Shown here piece after piece: positions 9,154 through 18,025 of a stretch of 64,000 nucleotides of DNA. A program made the translations under genes and the position numbers. The stretch's first letter is position 1; each line of letters opens with the position of its first letter. Source of the stretch: a virus. A model generated the notes under the pieces. It was not told where the DNA came from, made no database searches, and worked only from the letters and a program-made list of their open reading frames with translations. The DNA lies in IMG/VR virus record IMGVR_UViG_3300021961_000020. One strand, given 5' to 3'.

Positions 9154-9390
9154 TCAGTCGTCCAATCCTTGAGTGGTGTCCCACATATCGTAGAACAAAT
9201 CCCATGCAGGACCATCAGCAACAAAGGAGGAACATTCTGCCTGATCGCATACCCAATCGTATGCCATATCGATGTCTGCGTTGTTAGCGTAGACGAAAGA
9301 TTGCAGACCTTCGATTGCACTAATGAAGGCAGGATCTTGCACCAGGGAGATGTAGACTTTGCCTTCAGGATTTCGGAGAATGGTGTTCAT
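9154..9390 (-). CDS. Hypothetical protein
   Basis: First gene after a promoter cassette. Confidence 0.7.
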   Translation of the reverse strand: MNTILRNPEGKVYISLVQDPAFISAIEGLQSFVYANNADIDMAYDWVCDQAECSSFVADGPAWDLFYDMWDTTQGLDD

Positions 9391-9437
9391 TTGAGAGAGT
9401 TAAGGGATTGTGGGGAGCGGTCCCCCCCGATGCAACT

Positions 9438-9495
9438 AATATAGGGCATTGGGGGGCGCTGTGCGCGTTTAGTGGACAGTTTGACCAACTGGCAC
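9438..9495 (-). promoter_or_regulatory. Early promoter cassette: GTGCCAGTTGGTCAAACTGTCCAC plus TATATT -10
   Basis: Motif at 9472-9495, -10 at 9443-9438. Confidence 0.75.
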
Positions 9496-9662
9496 ACCTC
9501 AGAAGAGGTGAGTCCATTGTTTATGCTTTGCTGCTGTAATCCTTCCCTCTGCTAACATGTTGTCGCACACATTACAGAAAACTTGAAACTTTTCCTCACG
9601 GGTAAGTGTATGCGGTTGAGCACAAGTTGCGATGACTTTGAGCATTTGTGCCTTGGAAGTAA

Positions 9663-9878
9663 TCATGGAAAAATAGGAGTGAGGATGTGACGATAGTCGA
9701 TGGATTTGATACAGTAACCTGCGGCAGATGTGATTTCTTCGACTAGATCATCGCCATCATCTGCCTCCCAGAAAGTTCCAACATAGTCATCACAAAAGTC
9801 CTCAGTTTCTTGTTCAGTCATAGGATACAAATCATCCCCAAAGTCAAACTCAATGTAAGTGATTTGGAATTGCATCAA
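9663..9878 (-). CDS. Hypothetical acidic protein
   Basis: ORF; ATGA-type coupling. Confidence 0.7.
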   Translation of the reverse strand: MMQFQITYIEFDFGDDLYPMTEQETEDFCDDYVGTFWEADDGDDLVEEITSAAGYCIKSIDYRHILTPIFP

Positions 9879-10159
9879 ACCATCTCCAATTTAGGGGCGT
9901 TGGTAACTTCGAAGTTGTTGAAGTCTTTCATTCTTACAGACACATTAGGGGGCAACATGCTGAAAGAGTCATACAAAACCCAGTCATCTTCATGCTCTGC
10001 AATAACAGCAAAACCGAAGATTCCTGCGGTTGGCATCATAAACAAACCATGCTTTTCTGCATCTTTGAGTGATGCAAACCCTCTTGCAGTTATAGTCCAG
10101 GTGATGCCAGATTGATCACCACCAAAGTATGCACAAATGAAATCAGTCATGTTAATCAA
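9875..10159 (-). CDS. Hypothetical protein
   Basis: ORF. Confidence 0.7.
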   Translation of the reverse strand: MINMTDFICAYFGGDQSGITWTITARGFASLKDAEKHGLFMMPTAGIFGFAVIAEHEDDWVLYDSFSMLPPNVSVRMKDFNNFEVTNAPKLEMV

Positions 10160-10323
10160 CCTCCGAACATTTCTTCGAACAGTGGAGTTTCTTGAAACTT
10201 TTGCTGATCATACTGATCACGAACCATCCAGATCTCTTGCTCAATCCATGCAAGTTCTGCGCGTTTCTTATCAAGTTTGACGCGAAGATCGTAGAGTTTT
10301 TGATTGCGTTCAGTGAGTGTCAT
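10156..10323 (-). CDS. Small coiled-coil protein (55 aa)
   Basis: Read by hand: MTLTERNQKLYDLRVKLDKKRAELAWIEQEIW... Confidence 0.65.
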   Translation of the reverse strand: MTLTERNQKLYDLRVKLDKKRAELAWIEQEIWMVRDQYDQQKFQETPLFEEMFGG

Positions 10324-10361
10324 TGCAGGAAAAGCGGAGAGTTTAATGCGGTTTTTGCGGA

Positions 10362-10604
10362 TCAGAAGGGGTTAGTCCAGCGATCGTATTGTGAGTCGGT
10401 GATGTAACCTTCTTTGCAAAGTTGATCGGTGAAGTTATTCCATGCTTCACGCTTAGCGATAGTGTCGCCTTTCCACTGAGGTTTCTGAATTGTGAACACT
10501 TTCCAGTTGTAGCGGAATTGTGTGAGTGCTTGTGCTTTGGTAGTCATCAGAGTTAAGAGCGGTGGGGGTGGTTCCCTCCCCCTGATGCCTATAGTATGGC
10601 ACAA
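10362..10604 (-). CDS. Hypothetical protein (true start probably MTTKAQ)
   Basis: The upstream part of the ORF reads through the promoter, so the annotated start is too far upstream. Confidence 0.7.
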   Translation of the reverse strand: MCHTIGIRGREPPPPLLTLMTTKAQALTQFRYNWKVFTIQKPQWKGDTIAKREAWNNFTDQLCKEGYITDSQYDRWTNPF

Positions 10605-10652
10605 AAAAACGCCCCTGAGGGGCGCTGGTGGACAGTTTGACCAACTGTCTAC
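10591..10652 (-). promoter_or_regulatory. Early promoter cassette: GTAGACAGTT-N5-AACTGTCCAC plus TACTAT -10
   Basis: Near-perfect 10-5-10 palindrome at 10628-10652; -10 at 10596-10591. Confidence 0.75.
10602..10624 (-). terminator. Rho-independent terminator CGCCCC-TCA-GGGGCG-T7
   Basis: 6-bp GC stem plus T-tract directly after the stop of 10649..10939. Confidence 0.8.
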
Positions 10653-10939
10653 CCAAATGCTGCCATGAGCGGATTTAGGTTAAGTTTCATGGCAGTGTAG
10701 GGGCGAGTATCATTAATGTCCACAATCTTTCCTACTTGCGTTGAATTAATTGGGGCGTAATATTGTTGTGTCTTTGGGGCATAAAATCCCCAGATAGTGC
10801 TAACCTGATCGCTGTTATAACTGTACCTCCGATGATGAAGCAACCAAATACTAAGCATGCCCCTTTTGAAAGTTTTGACGGTGTAGGTATATCCTTCTGG
10901 GGCATCATGTATAAAAGAGGGAGGAAGTTCGAGTGTCAT
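10649..10939 (-). CDS. Conserved cyanophage hypothetical protein
   Basis: ORF with TIWGFY motif. Confidence 0.75.
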   Translation of the reverse strand: MTLELPPSFIHDAPEGYTYTVKTFKRGMLSIWLLHHRRYSYNSDQVSTIWGFYAPKTQQYYAPINSTQVGKIVDINDTRPYTAMKLNLNPLMAAFG

Positions 10940-11256
10940 TCGTCAGTGAGATGATCTTGGCATGCTATAGTATTTGGGTCACATTGTACATTCTCAGGTT
11001 TAACAAATCCTTGCATCCGACAATAAAGATCAGCAGACTTCATCAAACCTTTTTCATAATAATCAACCCATGATTTCAATTCATCAACTACATCATCATA
11101 GAACATTTCAGGTGTCAGATTCTCATCACTAACATATTCTGCAATAATATCACAGAGACGATCTTTCAGATGTTGACGATAATCAGAATGTGTAGATGTA
11201 GGCACAGGATCACTCCAAAAGTCTTCCAAATCCTTGTCAGTTGCAGTAGTAATCAC
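10936..11256 (-). CDS. Hypothetical acidic protein
   Basis: ORF; ATGA coupling. Confidence 0.7.
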   Translation of the reverse strand: MITTATDKDLEDFWSDPVPTSTHSDYRQHLKDRLCDIIAEYVSDENLTPEMFYDDVVDELKSWVDYYEKGLMKSADLYCRMQGFVKPENVQCDPNTIACQDHLTDE

Positions 11257-11441
11257 TTACAAATCTCCATGAGTTTATCCATAACAGGGCGAAGATCTTC
11301 CTCTTCAGTAGCACTGAGATCGATAAACATTTGCTCAATACACCAGAGCATCAAATCTGCTTGAGATTTGGTGACTTCAATAGTATTGAAAGTTGAGGTT
11401 GTCATTGATAGTTGAAAAGAATGAACTACAGTTGTATTTAA

Positions 11442-11678
11442 TCAGCAACAAGCGGGAGAATAGTTGCTGGGTTCGGTGAGGAAATCAGTCACCTCATAGT
11501 TAAGATCAAGACGAGCATTGACAGTTTCGATCATCTCTTTTTTGCTCATCAAACGCATGGATTTGGTTTGCTCATCGCCCATGAACTTGAGAGTATAAAC
11601 AAACTTGTTGGAGAGAATAGCGTGAGGGCGAAACTCAACAACCATAGCGCGGGATTGACCTTGTGAAGTGAGTTGCAT
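11442..11678 (-). CDS. Hypothetical protein
   Basis: First gene after a promoter cassette. Confidence 0.7.
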   Translation of the reverse strand: MQLTSQGQSRAMVVEFRPHAILSNKFVYTLKFMGDEQTKSMRLMSKKEMIETVNARLDLNYEVTDFLTEPSNYSPACC

Positions 11679-11702
11679 TTGATCGGTGTTCCTTTGACTC
11701 TC

Positions 11703-12242
11703 TTATAATACGGGAGGAGGGGGGGCAATGGGGTGAATGGTGGACACCTCGGCAACTGGCACAACAGTTTTGAACCGACTTGCATAATTGTATGCATAAC
11801 GGGTACGATTACCGTGGATTCCCCACCCTAACCAATACCACGATTTGTCCATATAATACTCGATAGATCTACCAGACTTCTTTAGAATCGGTTCGAGTTG
11901 TTTCCACTGAGATTCATTAACCATGTACCGAAGTTGTCCATCGAGACTGTTAGGATTGCAGTTGTACTTACGGCAGAATCTACCTAATCCAAAATAGCGA
12001 TTCTCTGTAGTCCATTGAATCAAACCAAAACCACCACGCATGCATCGATTGTAGGGAACTCTTGCTCCACCTTCACAGATATTGGTCTTAAATCCACTTT
12101 CTGCCTTTATATTGCCCATGACAGTTGCGAGAGCATTAACACCTCTAATTCCTCTCTTTTGTAGAAACTTGAGTGTTGCTTTCTCATTGTCGTTGCAATT
12201 AACGCATTGGACAATGGGGGCAGGAGGATGATCGTAAAGCAT
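11703..12242 (-). CDS. Phage tail lysozyme-like muramidase (Phage_lysozyme2-type)
   Basis: ATVMGNIKAESGF catalytic Glu motif, GGFGLIQWT..R, GQL.Y. Confidence 0.75.
   Translation of the reverse strand: MLYDHPPAPIVQCVNCNDNEKATLKFLQKRGIRGVNALATVMGNIKAESGFKTNICEGGARVPYNRCMRGGFGLIQWTTENRYFGLGRFCRKYNCNPNSLDGQLRYMVNESQWKQLEPILKKSGRSIEYYMDKSWYWLGWGIHGNRTRYAYNYASRFKTVVPVAEVSTIHPIAPPPPVL
11705..11762 (-). promoter_or_regulatory. Early promoter cassette: GTGCCAGTTGCCGAGGTGTCCAC plus TATTAT -10
   Basis: Motif at 11740-11762 inside the 3' end of the lysozyme gene; -10 at 11710-11705. Confidence 0.7.
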
Positions 12243-12364
12243 TAAATCCGCCGTGTGTTATTCACGGAGTATAGAACATCTCTATATCGACTATAAAAAC
12301 TGAATTGCTGTCGATTAGAGCACAAAAGGTAGAACAGCAAAGTTCATTGCCATTCTACCATAAT

Positions 12365-12550
12365 TTATTTCATTTGTGCAAGTATGTTTTTCTCTATTTC
12401 TTTCAACCAACGCGCTTTACCTGGCGTTTTAGATGTAACAACGATTGCACCATTAGGACCGTGCCATGTATAATGACTGCCGATCCTATGTAACACAAAC
12501 TCATACGATTTCATGAGTTTTCGTAGATCTTTGTCGATTTTGGGGTTCAT
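12365..12550 (-). CDS. HicA-like toxin/mRNA interferase domain protein
   Basis: Start moved to MNPKIDKDLRKLM (track starts at 12652); contains F.L.R.GSH.TW.GPNG..VV. Confidence 0.65.
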   Translation of the reverse strand: MNPKIDKDLRKLMKSYEFVLHRIGSHYTWHGPNGAIVVTSKTPGKARWLKEIEKNILAQMK

Positions 12551-12648
12551 AATGAAGAGAGTGCGGGGGGACTCGATCCCACCTTTCCAATATACAGCAA
12601 AACAGACCCCAGGGCGAGGTCTGTCAACAAATCGAAACAATAAATTAG

Positions 12649-12852
12649 TCACCCATATGTACGCATGAAATCATCAAGAGTGAAGATGTCATCGGTACAA
12701 GTTTCTGCAACTAATTCATCGTAAGACATATCTTTGAGCATCTCTTGATGCTCTTCTAAAGATAGATCTTCTTCAGGATCAAAGTCATCATGACATAAGA
12801 AATCATACTCTGCCTGAAGTGCATCAATTAACTCCTGCTTAGTATAATTCAT
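12649..12852 (-). CDS. Hypothetical acidic protein
   Basis: ORF. Confidence 0.7.
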   Translation of the reverse strand: MNYTKQELIDALQAEYDFLCHDDFDPEEDLSLEEHQEMLKDMSYDELVAETCTDDIFTLDDFMRTYG

Positions 12853-13097
12853 AGATTGAGTGATCCTTTACTCTTAGACTTTTTACTAGCAGTCTCTAAT
12901 TTCTTGATATAGTTCATGGCACTGTGATAGTCTCTACAGAGTTTATCCTGCTGACCATCAACAATGACCATGAACTTTTTGCTTTGAATGACACGGATAG
13001 CAGCAAATCTACCATCCTTGCTAACATATCCTTCGTAAGGATTGTCAGCGTCTAAAATGCATGAATTGATGCAATAGAAGTCCTGATAATTAGACAT
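12849..13097 (-). CDS. Hypothetical protein
   Basis: ORF; ATGA coupling. Confidence 0.7.
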   Translation of the reverse strand: MSNYQDFYCINSCILDADNPYEGYVSKDGRFAAIRVIQSKKFMVIVDGQQDKLCRDYHSAMNYIKKLETASKKSKSKGSLNL

Positions 13098-13254
13098 TCA
13101 TGTTGATCCGCATCACTTGCACATTTCCATATTGTTCTTTAATAATTTGCTCTGCACCTTGGCGACTTTGAGCGGGAACTCTTACAGTCTGCATACCAGT
13201 ATTGACAGAGTAAAATGTCACATCAGCAGTGCGAGTGTTGTTGAAACCGAACAT
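13090..13254 (-). CDS. Small hypothetical protein (54 aa)
   Basis: Read by hand: MFGFNNTRTADVTFYSVNTGMQTVRVPAQSRQGAEQIIKEQYGNVQVMRINMNV*. Confidence 0.7.
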   Translation of the reverse strand: MFGFNNTRTADVTFYSVNTGMQTVRVPAQSRQGAEQIIKEQYGNVQVMRINMNV

Positions 13255-13256
13255 GA

Positions 13257-13424
13257 TTAAGATTTAGATGGAACAGTAGTCAGAACTTTTTCAATTTTGC
13301 CATTAGGAAAAGCATCTTGAAACTTTTCCTTTGCTAGACTTACAGATTCTGCCATGATAACAGTTTCACGGACAGGACCAGAACCGTCAATACGGTAAGT
13401 AATAGTGTGCGCGAACTTTGCCAT
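13257..13424 (-). CDS. Small hypothetical protein (55 aa)
   Basis: Read by hand: MAKFAHTITYRIDGSGPVRETVIMAESVSLAKEKFQDAFPNGKIEKVLTTVPSKS*. Confidence 0.7.
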   Translation of the reverse strand: MAKFAHTITYRIDGSGPVRETVIMAESVSLAKEKFQDAFPNGKIEKVLTTVPSKS

Positions 13425-13430
13425 TTTCTA

Positions 13431-13598
13431 TCAACCTTTAGATGTACCGAGAATAGTTTTGATGGATACTACTTCTGCTGTAGGTTCCTCAGAAAGAAGA
13501 ACACGCTGAGCAGCAGCAGGAGAGTTTTTCATGATGGTTTTCTCTTTTTGAACACCATCTACAGTGTAAGTTACTACTTGTTGAAAATTGTTTGCCAT
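13431..13598 (-). CDS. Small hypothetical protein (55 aa)
   Basis: Start moved to MANNFQQVVTYTVDG, just after the helicase stop. Confidence 0.7.
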   Translation of the reverse strand: MANNFQQVVTYTVDGVQKEKTIMKNSPAAAQRVLLSEEPTAEVVSIKTILGTSKG

Positions 13599-13602
13599 GA
13601 GT

Positions 13603-14874
13603 TTATGCGAATGAATGAGCGGGGAGACCATCAACAAAGATGAGATCAATAACTTTCTGGAGACGATTTCTCGTTGCCAGTGATGCTTTGCCACAAAGAG
13701 GAACAGTTACAACACCGTGAGATTTACGGTACATTTGATACTGACCAGGGACAAGTTTGCCCTCCGCAATATCTTTTGCATCATCTTTATGTAGGCGAAT
13801 AACACGCCCAATAGTTTGTGCCATCTCAATGATGGGCAGATTACGCAGTAGAATAGTATGCGTCAGACCAGGCACATTGATACCCTCAGAGAGAATAGAA
13901 TAGTGGAAAACGATGAACTTTTTGTCATCATCACGACCCCATTCGTTGAGAGTCTCGAAGAACTTCTCACGACCAACTTTCTCACGGTTGACATATGCAC
14001 CGTGCTTGCTGGTGATGTGAAGAATGTCGTAACCCATCTCGTTGAGAGTGTCGAGAATGTCTGTACGAGAAAGCATCTGCCACAGCACACGAGTATTAGG
14101 TGCAGCAACAAGAACTTTAGCAGATTGTTCTGCATCAAGATCGTCAATGATGTTGAGCACCATCTCACGATCTACATCAGCAGCGTTATGCTTGTTACGC
14201 ACAAGTTCAGTCTCATGCACAACAAGTTGTGGGGGAATGATGCTACCATTGGCAACAAGTTCGGGAGCAGGAACAGTCTCCAGAGTATCACCGAAGACGA
14301 GTTTATTGTTCATGCCATTGGCATAAGGATTGCGAGAGAACTTGGGAGTCGCAGTAAAGAAGAAACTGTTATCTGCACTCATGGAAGTAGCAGCAACACC
14401 GACAAAGTGTGCTTTCTGAGTTGCATTGTGTGCCTCATCACAATACATCACATTGACAGCGATACCGCTATCAACAATGCGATGGAGACTGTGATAGGTA
14501 GTGAAGATCAGTTGATGCACATTAAGATTCTGACAAATCTCATTGTAACGAACAATGTTGTTTGCTTTGGTAGTCTTAACATGCACAGTCTCTCCACTGT
14601 GAACATGCATCACAGTAAAGTTCTCTTTGTAGACATACCTGTCAGTATGATCAAGATACTCCATGAACTCGGAGCAAAGTTGATTGGCAAGAAGAATACG
14701 AGGAGCAACAACAACAATAGTTTGTGCTTGTTCTGCATTATCAAGACGACGCACACAATCTTCCATCATGATGACAGTCTTGCCGCCACCAGTAGGAACA
14801 TAGACACAACCTTTCTGCGCGTCCTTGAGTGCATCAAGAGCGCGAGATTGGTGGGGTCGGAGAGTAAAAGGCAT
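13603..14874 (-). CDS. SF2 DEAD/DEAH-like helicase (type III restriction Res-like)
   Basis: PTGGGKT Walker A, DEAH, TAT, SEGINVP, QTIGRVIR. Confidence 0.9.
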   Translation of the reverse strand: MPFTLRPHQSRALDALKDAQKGCVYVPTGGGKTVIMMEDCVRRLDNAEQAQTIVVVAPRILLANQLCSEFMEYLDHTDRYVYKENFTVMHVHSGETVHVKTTKANNIVRYNEICQNLNVHQLIFTTYHSLHRIVDSGIAVNVMYCDEAHNATQKAHFVGVAATSMSADNSFFFTATPKFSRNPYANGMNNKLVFGDTLETVPAPELVANGSIIPPQLVVHETELVRNKHNAADVDREMVLNIIDDLDAEQSAKVLVAAPNTRVLWQMLSRTDILDTLNEMGYDILHITSKHGAYVNREKVGREKFFETLNEWGRDDDKKFIVFHYSILSEGINVPGLTHTILLRNLPIIEMAQTIGRVIRLHKDDAKDIAEGKLVPGQYQMYRKSHGVVTVPLCGKASLATRNRLQKVIDLIFVDGLPAHSFA

Positions 14875-14894
14875 GTGTTTTTGTCGATGATGTA

Positions 14895-14952
14895 ATCATA
14901 GCAGGTCCAGATCCTTCCCAGACCGCATGGTGTGCGGTTTGTCTGCTGTCAC
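14895..14952 (-). promoter_or_regulatory. Degenerate early cassette GTGACAGCAGACAAACCGCACAC plus TGC-TATGAT
   Basis: Motif at 14930-14952, 30 bp from the extended -10 at 14900-14895; directly upstream of the helicase. Confidence 0.6.
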
Positions 14953-15159
14953 AGCGTCGAGCAGTGCCCGTTTGTTATAGTATTCAATCTCTCGCATATT
15001 ATATGCGCGATTTCTATCTTTTTCTGACATGATCTTGGTCGATTCTTCCCACCAAGGATGCTCATATTCCTTATTCATATTGATCTCTACCCACTCTTTG
15101 AGTGCAAAATAGCGATCTTTCCAGATTTGTGCCTCTTCAGTCATTCTGCGTCTCTCCAT
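14896..15159 (-). CDS. Hypothetical protein
   Basis: ORF. Confidence 0.65.
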   Translation of the reverse strand: MERRRMTEEAQIWKDRYFALKEWVEINMNKEYEHPWWEESTKIMSEKDRNRAYNMREIEYYNKRALLDAVTADKPHTMRSGKDLDLL

Positions 15160-15656
15160 TCTTTCCTCATTTTAACATATTCTGGGTCTGTTGCGACAAT
15201 ATCGCGCACAGTCTTAAAAATAGACGCTGCTTGTGCCTTTTCATTGGTCAAAGCATCTTTTTCTTGCGGAAGAATAGGTGCTCCTCCTCTATCACCAGTG
15301 TGATAGTAGGGAGGTTTGGTTGCATACTTCTGACCAGATTTATGATTAGCATAACGACGAGCGCGTGTGAATCCCATTTCTAGAAACTTACGGCACATAT
15401 CCATGCCAATAAAGTCTTTGTTCTCTTTATACATTGAGAACAGACCATAGATTGCGCGGGATGACTTTTCTGCTACTTCAATATTCCTGAATCTCCAATG
15501 TTCGCAAATAATGTGAGTGTAAGGGCGTACCAATAGCACTCCTTGCTCTCCCCTTCCAATACGATAAAGTCCACGAATTTCTGGATCTGTAAAGTCAAGA
15601 TTCTCATAATCGAGATCATAATCAAACTCTTTCATCAAATGCCTCAGGATAAGCAA
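15141..15656 (-). CDS. DUF4385-like conserved protein
   Basis: YRIGRGEQGVLLVRPY...HWRF...DMCRKFLEMGFTRARRYANHK signature. Confidence 0.8.
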   Translation of the reverse strand: MLILRHLMKEFDYDLDYENLDFTDPEIRGLYRIGRGEQGVLLVRPYTHIICEHWRFRNIEVAEKSSRAIYGLFSMYKENKDFIGMDMCRKFLEMGFTRARRYANHKSGQKYATKPPYYHTGDRGGAPILPQEKDALTNEKAQAASIFKTVRDIVATDPEYVKMRKEWRDAE

Positions 15657-15800
15657 TGGGTTGAAGTTTGGTCAGAATGTTACTAAGTTGATAATACTCA
15701 GGACTATCAATAGGAGCACCAAGTAAGGTCTTTTGATACTTCCTACATGCATGAAACATCAGTCTAAGATCATCAGTTGTGAAGTTTTGCAAGTCTAACA

Positions 15801-16004
15801 TTAATCATACTCCTTGTCATTAAGATAACGAATGACCGCTAATACTCTTTCGTTTGGATATAGATGTCTGATGTATTGTTCTGCATCTTCATAATCAATA
15901 GCATCAGTCACATCATGATAACGAGTGCAATGGAATTGCTCGTCCCAGGTTTCTACTGAATACATTTTACTCGAAGATAGGTTTAACTGGAGGATTCCAT
16001 TCAT
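15801..16004 (-). CDS. Hypothetical protein
   Basis: ORF; start uncertain. Confidence 0.6.
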   Translation of the reverse strand: MNGILQLNLSSSKMYSVETWDEQFHCTRYHDVTDAIDYEDAEQYIRHLYPNERVLAVIRYLNDKEYD

Positions 16005-16191
16005 CTCTCACTGCTTTCATCACATGTTTGGGAACACCATAATAACCCATGTGCATCCAAATGCAGTCAATATAGCGCAAATCTTCACGATCCGCGTCAA
16101 GAGTGAAAGCATCACAATACTGGACGATATCATAAGGAACTTGGACCTTTTTCCAGGTGATAGGTTCTTCAATAAAGAATGGTACGGTCAT
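15967..16191 (-). CDS. Hypothetical protein
   Basis: ORF. Confidence 0.7.
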   Translation of the reverse strand: MTVPFFIEEPITWKKVQVPYDIVQYCDAFTLDADREDLRYIDCIWMHMGYYGVPKHVMKAVRDEWNPPVKPIFE

Positions 16192-16332
16192 TTCTTATAG
16201 TGAATGATGTAATTGTTTTGCTCTCAATATGGGCAAGACATGATTCTAACACAAACCATTCAGAAGCGTATGAATCAACTCTGTGCTCTGAGATAGAACC
16301 ATCCACATATTTTACCCTAATGAGATACTTAT

Positions 16333-16704
16333 TCATTCAGGATCTGATTTGTTAAATGCCACTGAACTCTCAGGATGACACCATTCATCATGCTGTGCCA
16401 TTGCTTCTTTGAGTGCTTCTGTTACATTCTCTTTGAAAGAACGATAAGGAATGAACAACTCATCATCCTCAGTCTTATAGTCCTGGTGTGTTTCTTTGAA
16501 CTTACGATCTACATCATACAGGAGATTTGATACGATGTCATTGATGACTTCAATAGACTTTGCGGTAAGTCCGTTCCAGGATGTATTGGGGAACATATCA
16601 TCCTTGACACGATCTAGCAGTGCTTTCTTACAATGCCACTGACTATCAAAGATTTGGGTAAATGCTTCCCAGTCATGTTGGGATTTGAAATGTGGGATAC
16701 TCAT
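16333..16704 (-). CDS. Hypothetical protein
   Basis: ORF. Confidence 0.7.
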   Translation of the reverse strand: MSIPHFKSQHDWEAFTQIFDSQWHCKKALLDRVKDDMFPNTSWNGLTAKSIEVINDIVSNLLYDVDRKFKETHQDYKTEDDELFIPYRSFKENVTEALKEAMAQHDEWCHPESSVAFNKSDPE

Positions 16705-16946
16705 TTTTTCTCCTTAACTACTTGATTCCATGCTTCTTTAAACTTACGATCCCAGTTGTCAGTATAAACGGGGAGGAAAGCATTGAGAGCAAGAGATACA
16801 TCTACCATTTTATCATAGTTATTGCTATCTACTGCTTCTTGTAGTTGTTCCATCATAAAACTGATGGAATTGATGTTGGAAAATGCTTCTTCCAACTTGT
16901 TCATCACATCCCAGTGTTCAGAGATTTGGTTGTTCATAAGGTACAT
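16701..16946 (-). CDS. Hypothetical helical protein
   Basis: ORF. Confidence 0.65.
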   Translation of the reverse strand: MYLMNNQISEHWDVMNKLEEAFSNINSISFMMEQLQEAVDSNNYDKMVDVSLALNAFLPVYTDNWDRKFKEAWNQVVKEKK

Positions 16947-17298
16947 CCTTCACAGATTGAATAATGCCGTTGTCAAATAGAATTAACTTTCTAGGAAATG
17001 GTGCATAGTAAGCATCCCACTTTGCGGGGTAAATCTCAATGACCTTGAATATACTAATTGCTCTAACTACTCCATGTCGTCCATTGGGAACAGTTTTGAA
17101 TAGATTCCATGGAGTATTTCTTTCTTCTTTTGGTACATCAACAAAGTCATGAGTTCCAGAGTAATCAACTTCAAATAATTCACCAGCAGGACTAATCCAA
17201 TACTCACACATACAACACTCTAGATCTTTCGTCTGCAAGTCCTTTGAGAATCCAGGACCGAGATCATACGATGATCTAACAGTGTCGTACATGCCCAT
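16918..17298 (-). CDS. Conserved phage protein (MGMYD...LQTKDL family)
   Basis: Recognisable N-terminal motif. Confidence 0.75.
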   Translation of the reverse strand: MGMYDTVRSSYDLGPGFSKDLQTKDLECCMCEYWISPAGELFEVDYSGTHDFVDVPKEERNTPWNLFKTVPNGRHGVVRAISIFKVIEIYPAKWDAYYAPFPRKLILFDNGIIQSVKDVPYEQPNL

Positions 17299-17299
17299 G

Positions 17300-18004
17300 T
17301 TACTGATAAATGTGAAACATCATTCCATGATAACCAGAATTGTACTTTTTGCCAGATCCTTTCATCTGTAGGTGAAACAATTTGTCACCATCAAAAGTAC
17401 GAAACTCAAGAGTCGTGTTATTTAGTTTCCATTCACCAGTTTGAGTCAGTTTGTCAAGATCTGCAATAGAAATGAACTTAACATTGTTAGTCTTTTTGTT
17501 ACGCCAGATCATCGTAGAGACAGGATAACCATCATCAAGACCACGACGCACAATGACATCGAATATATCCATCTTATTGGCGTTCATAAACCCCAGGAAG
17601 GCGTCTTTAATGTGCTGAGGGATATTCTCTGCATAGACGCGATTCTGACGCTTCTCAGCGTCACTCAGGGCAATGTCCTTATACTGAAGGTGAACCAAAG
17701 ACATACCAAGATTGTTAGGCATGCCAAAGAACATCCTAATGAAAGACTCACAATCAGTACCCTGAAGTCCGAAATGCTCAACAAACTTACGGGAAGAGAG
17801 TAAGGCAACTTGGGTGTGATTCTTGCTGACATTCTTGACAGAATAGGCAATACCTGAATCGTTGTCATAAACATCAACCTTAGTCGCAGGACGACCGTCA
17901 GTTACATGATCGCCACCGAACAATTCATTCAGATAAGCAGGCAAATCGTCCTCATATTTGTGACCCTCTGCCTTTGCTAGTCGTCCCGCTTCGATAGCGT
18001 TCAT
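17300..18004 (-). CDS. HinP1I/MspI-like PD-(D/E)xK endonuclease
   Basis: G..AK.EG.KYE.DL, K.DV, Y.VK, and C-terminal LQMKGSG...MMFHI parallel the R.HinP1I layout as recalled. Confidence 0.6.
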   Translation of the reverse strand: MNAIEAGRLAKAEGHKYEDDLPAYLNELFGGDHVTDGRPATKVDVYDNDSGIAYSVKNVSKNHTQVALLSSRKFVEHFGLQGTDCESFIRMFFGMPNNLGMSLVHLQYKDIALSDAEKRQNRVYAENIPQHIKDAFLGFMNANKMDIFDVIVRRGLDDGYPVSTMIWRNKKTNNVKFISIADLDKLTQTGEWKLNNTTLEFRTFDGDKLFHLQMKGSGKKYNSGYHGMMFHIYQ

Positions 18005-18025
18005 GTGTCCTCCGTTGATGCTCTT

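Noticed and set aside
8480-11762. Palindromic cassettes as CRISPR or integron attC repeats
   Set aside because: Spaced ~1 kb apart, tied to -10 boxes, no attC GTTRRRY core and no integrase in the window; a recombination role is kept only as a hypothesis
13603-14874. Type III restriction-modification system
   Set aside because: Only the helicase domain is present; no Mod subunit or nuclease domain
13858-14895. 345-aa plus-strand ORF
   Set aside because: Antisense shadow of the helicase, explained by codon bias on the coding strand
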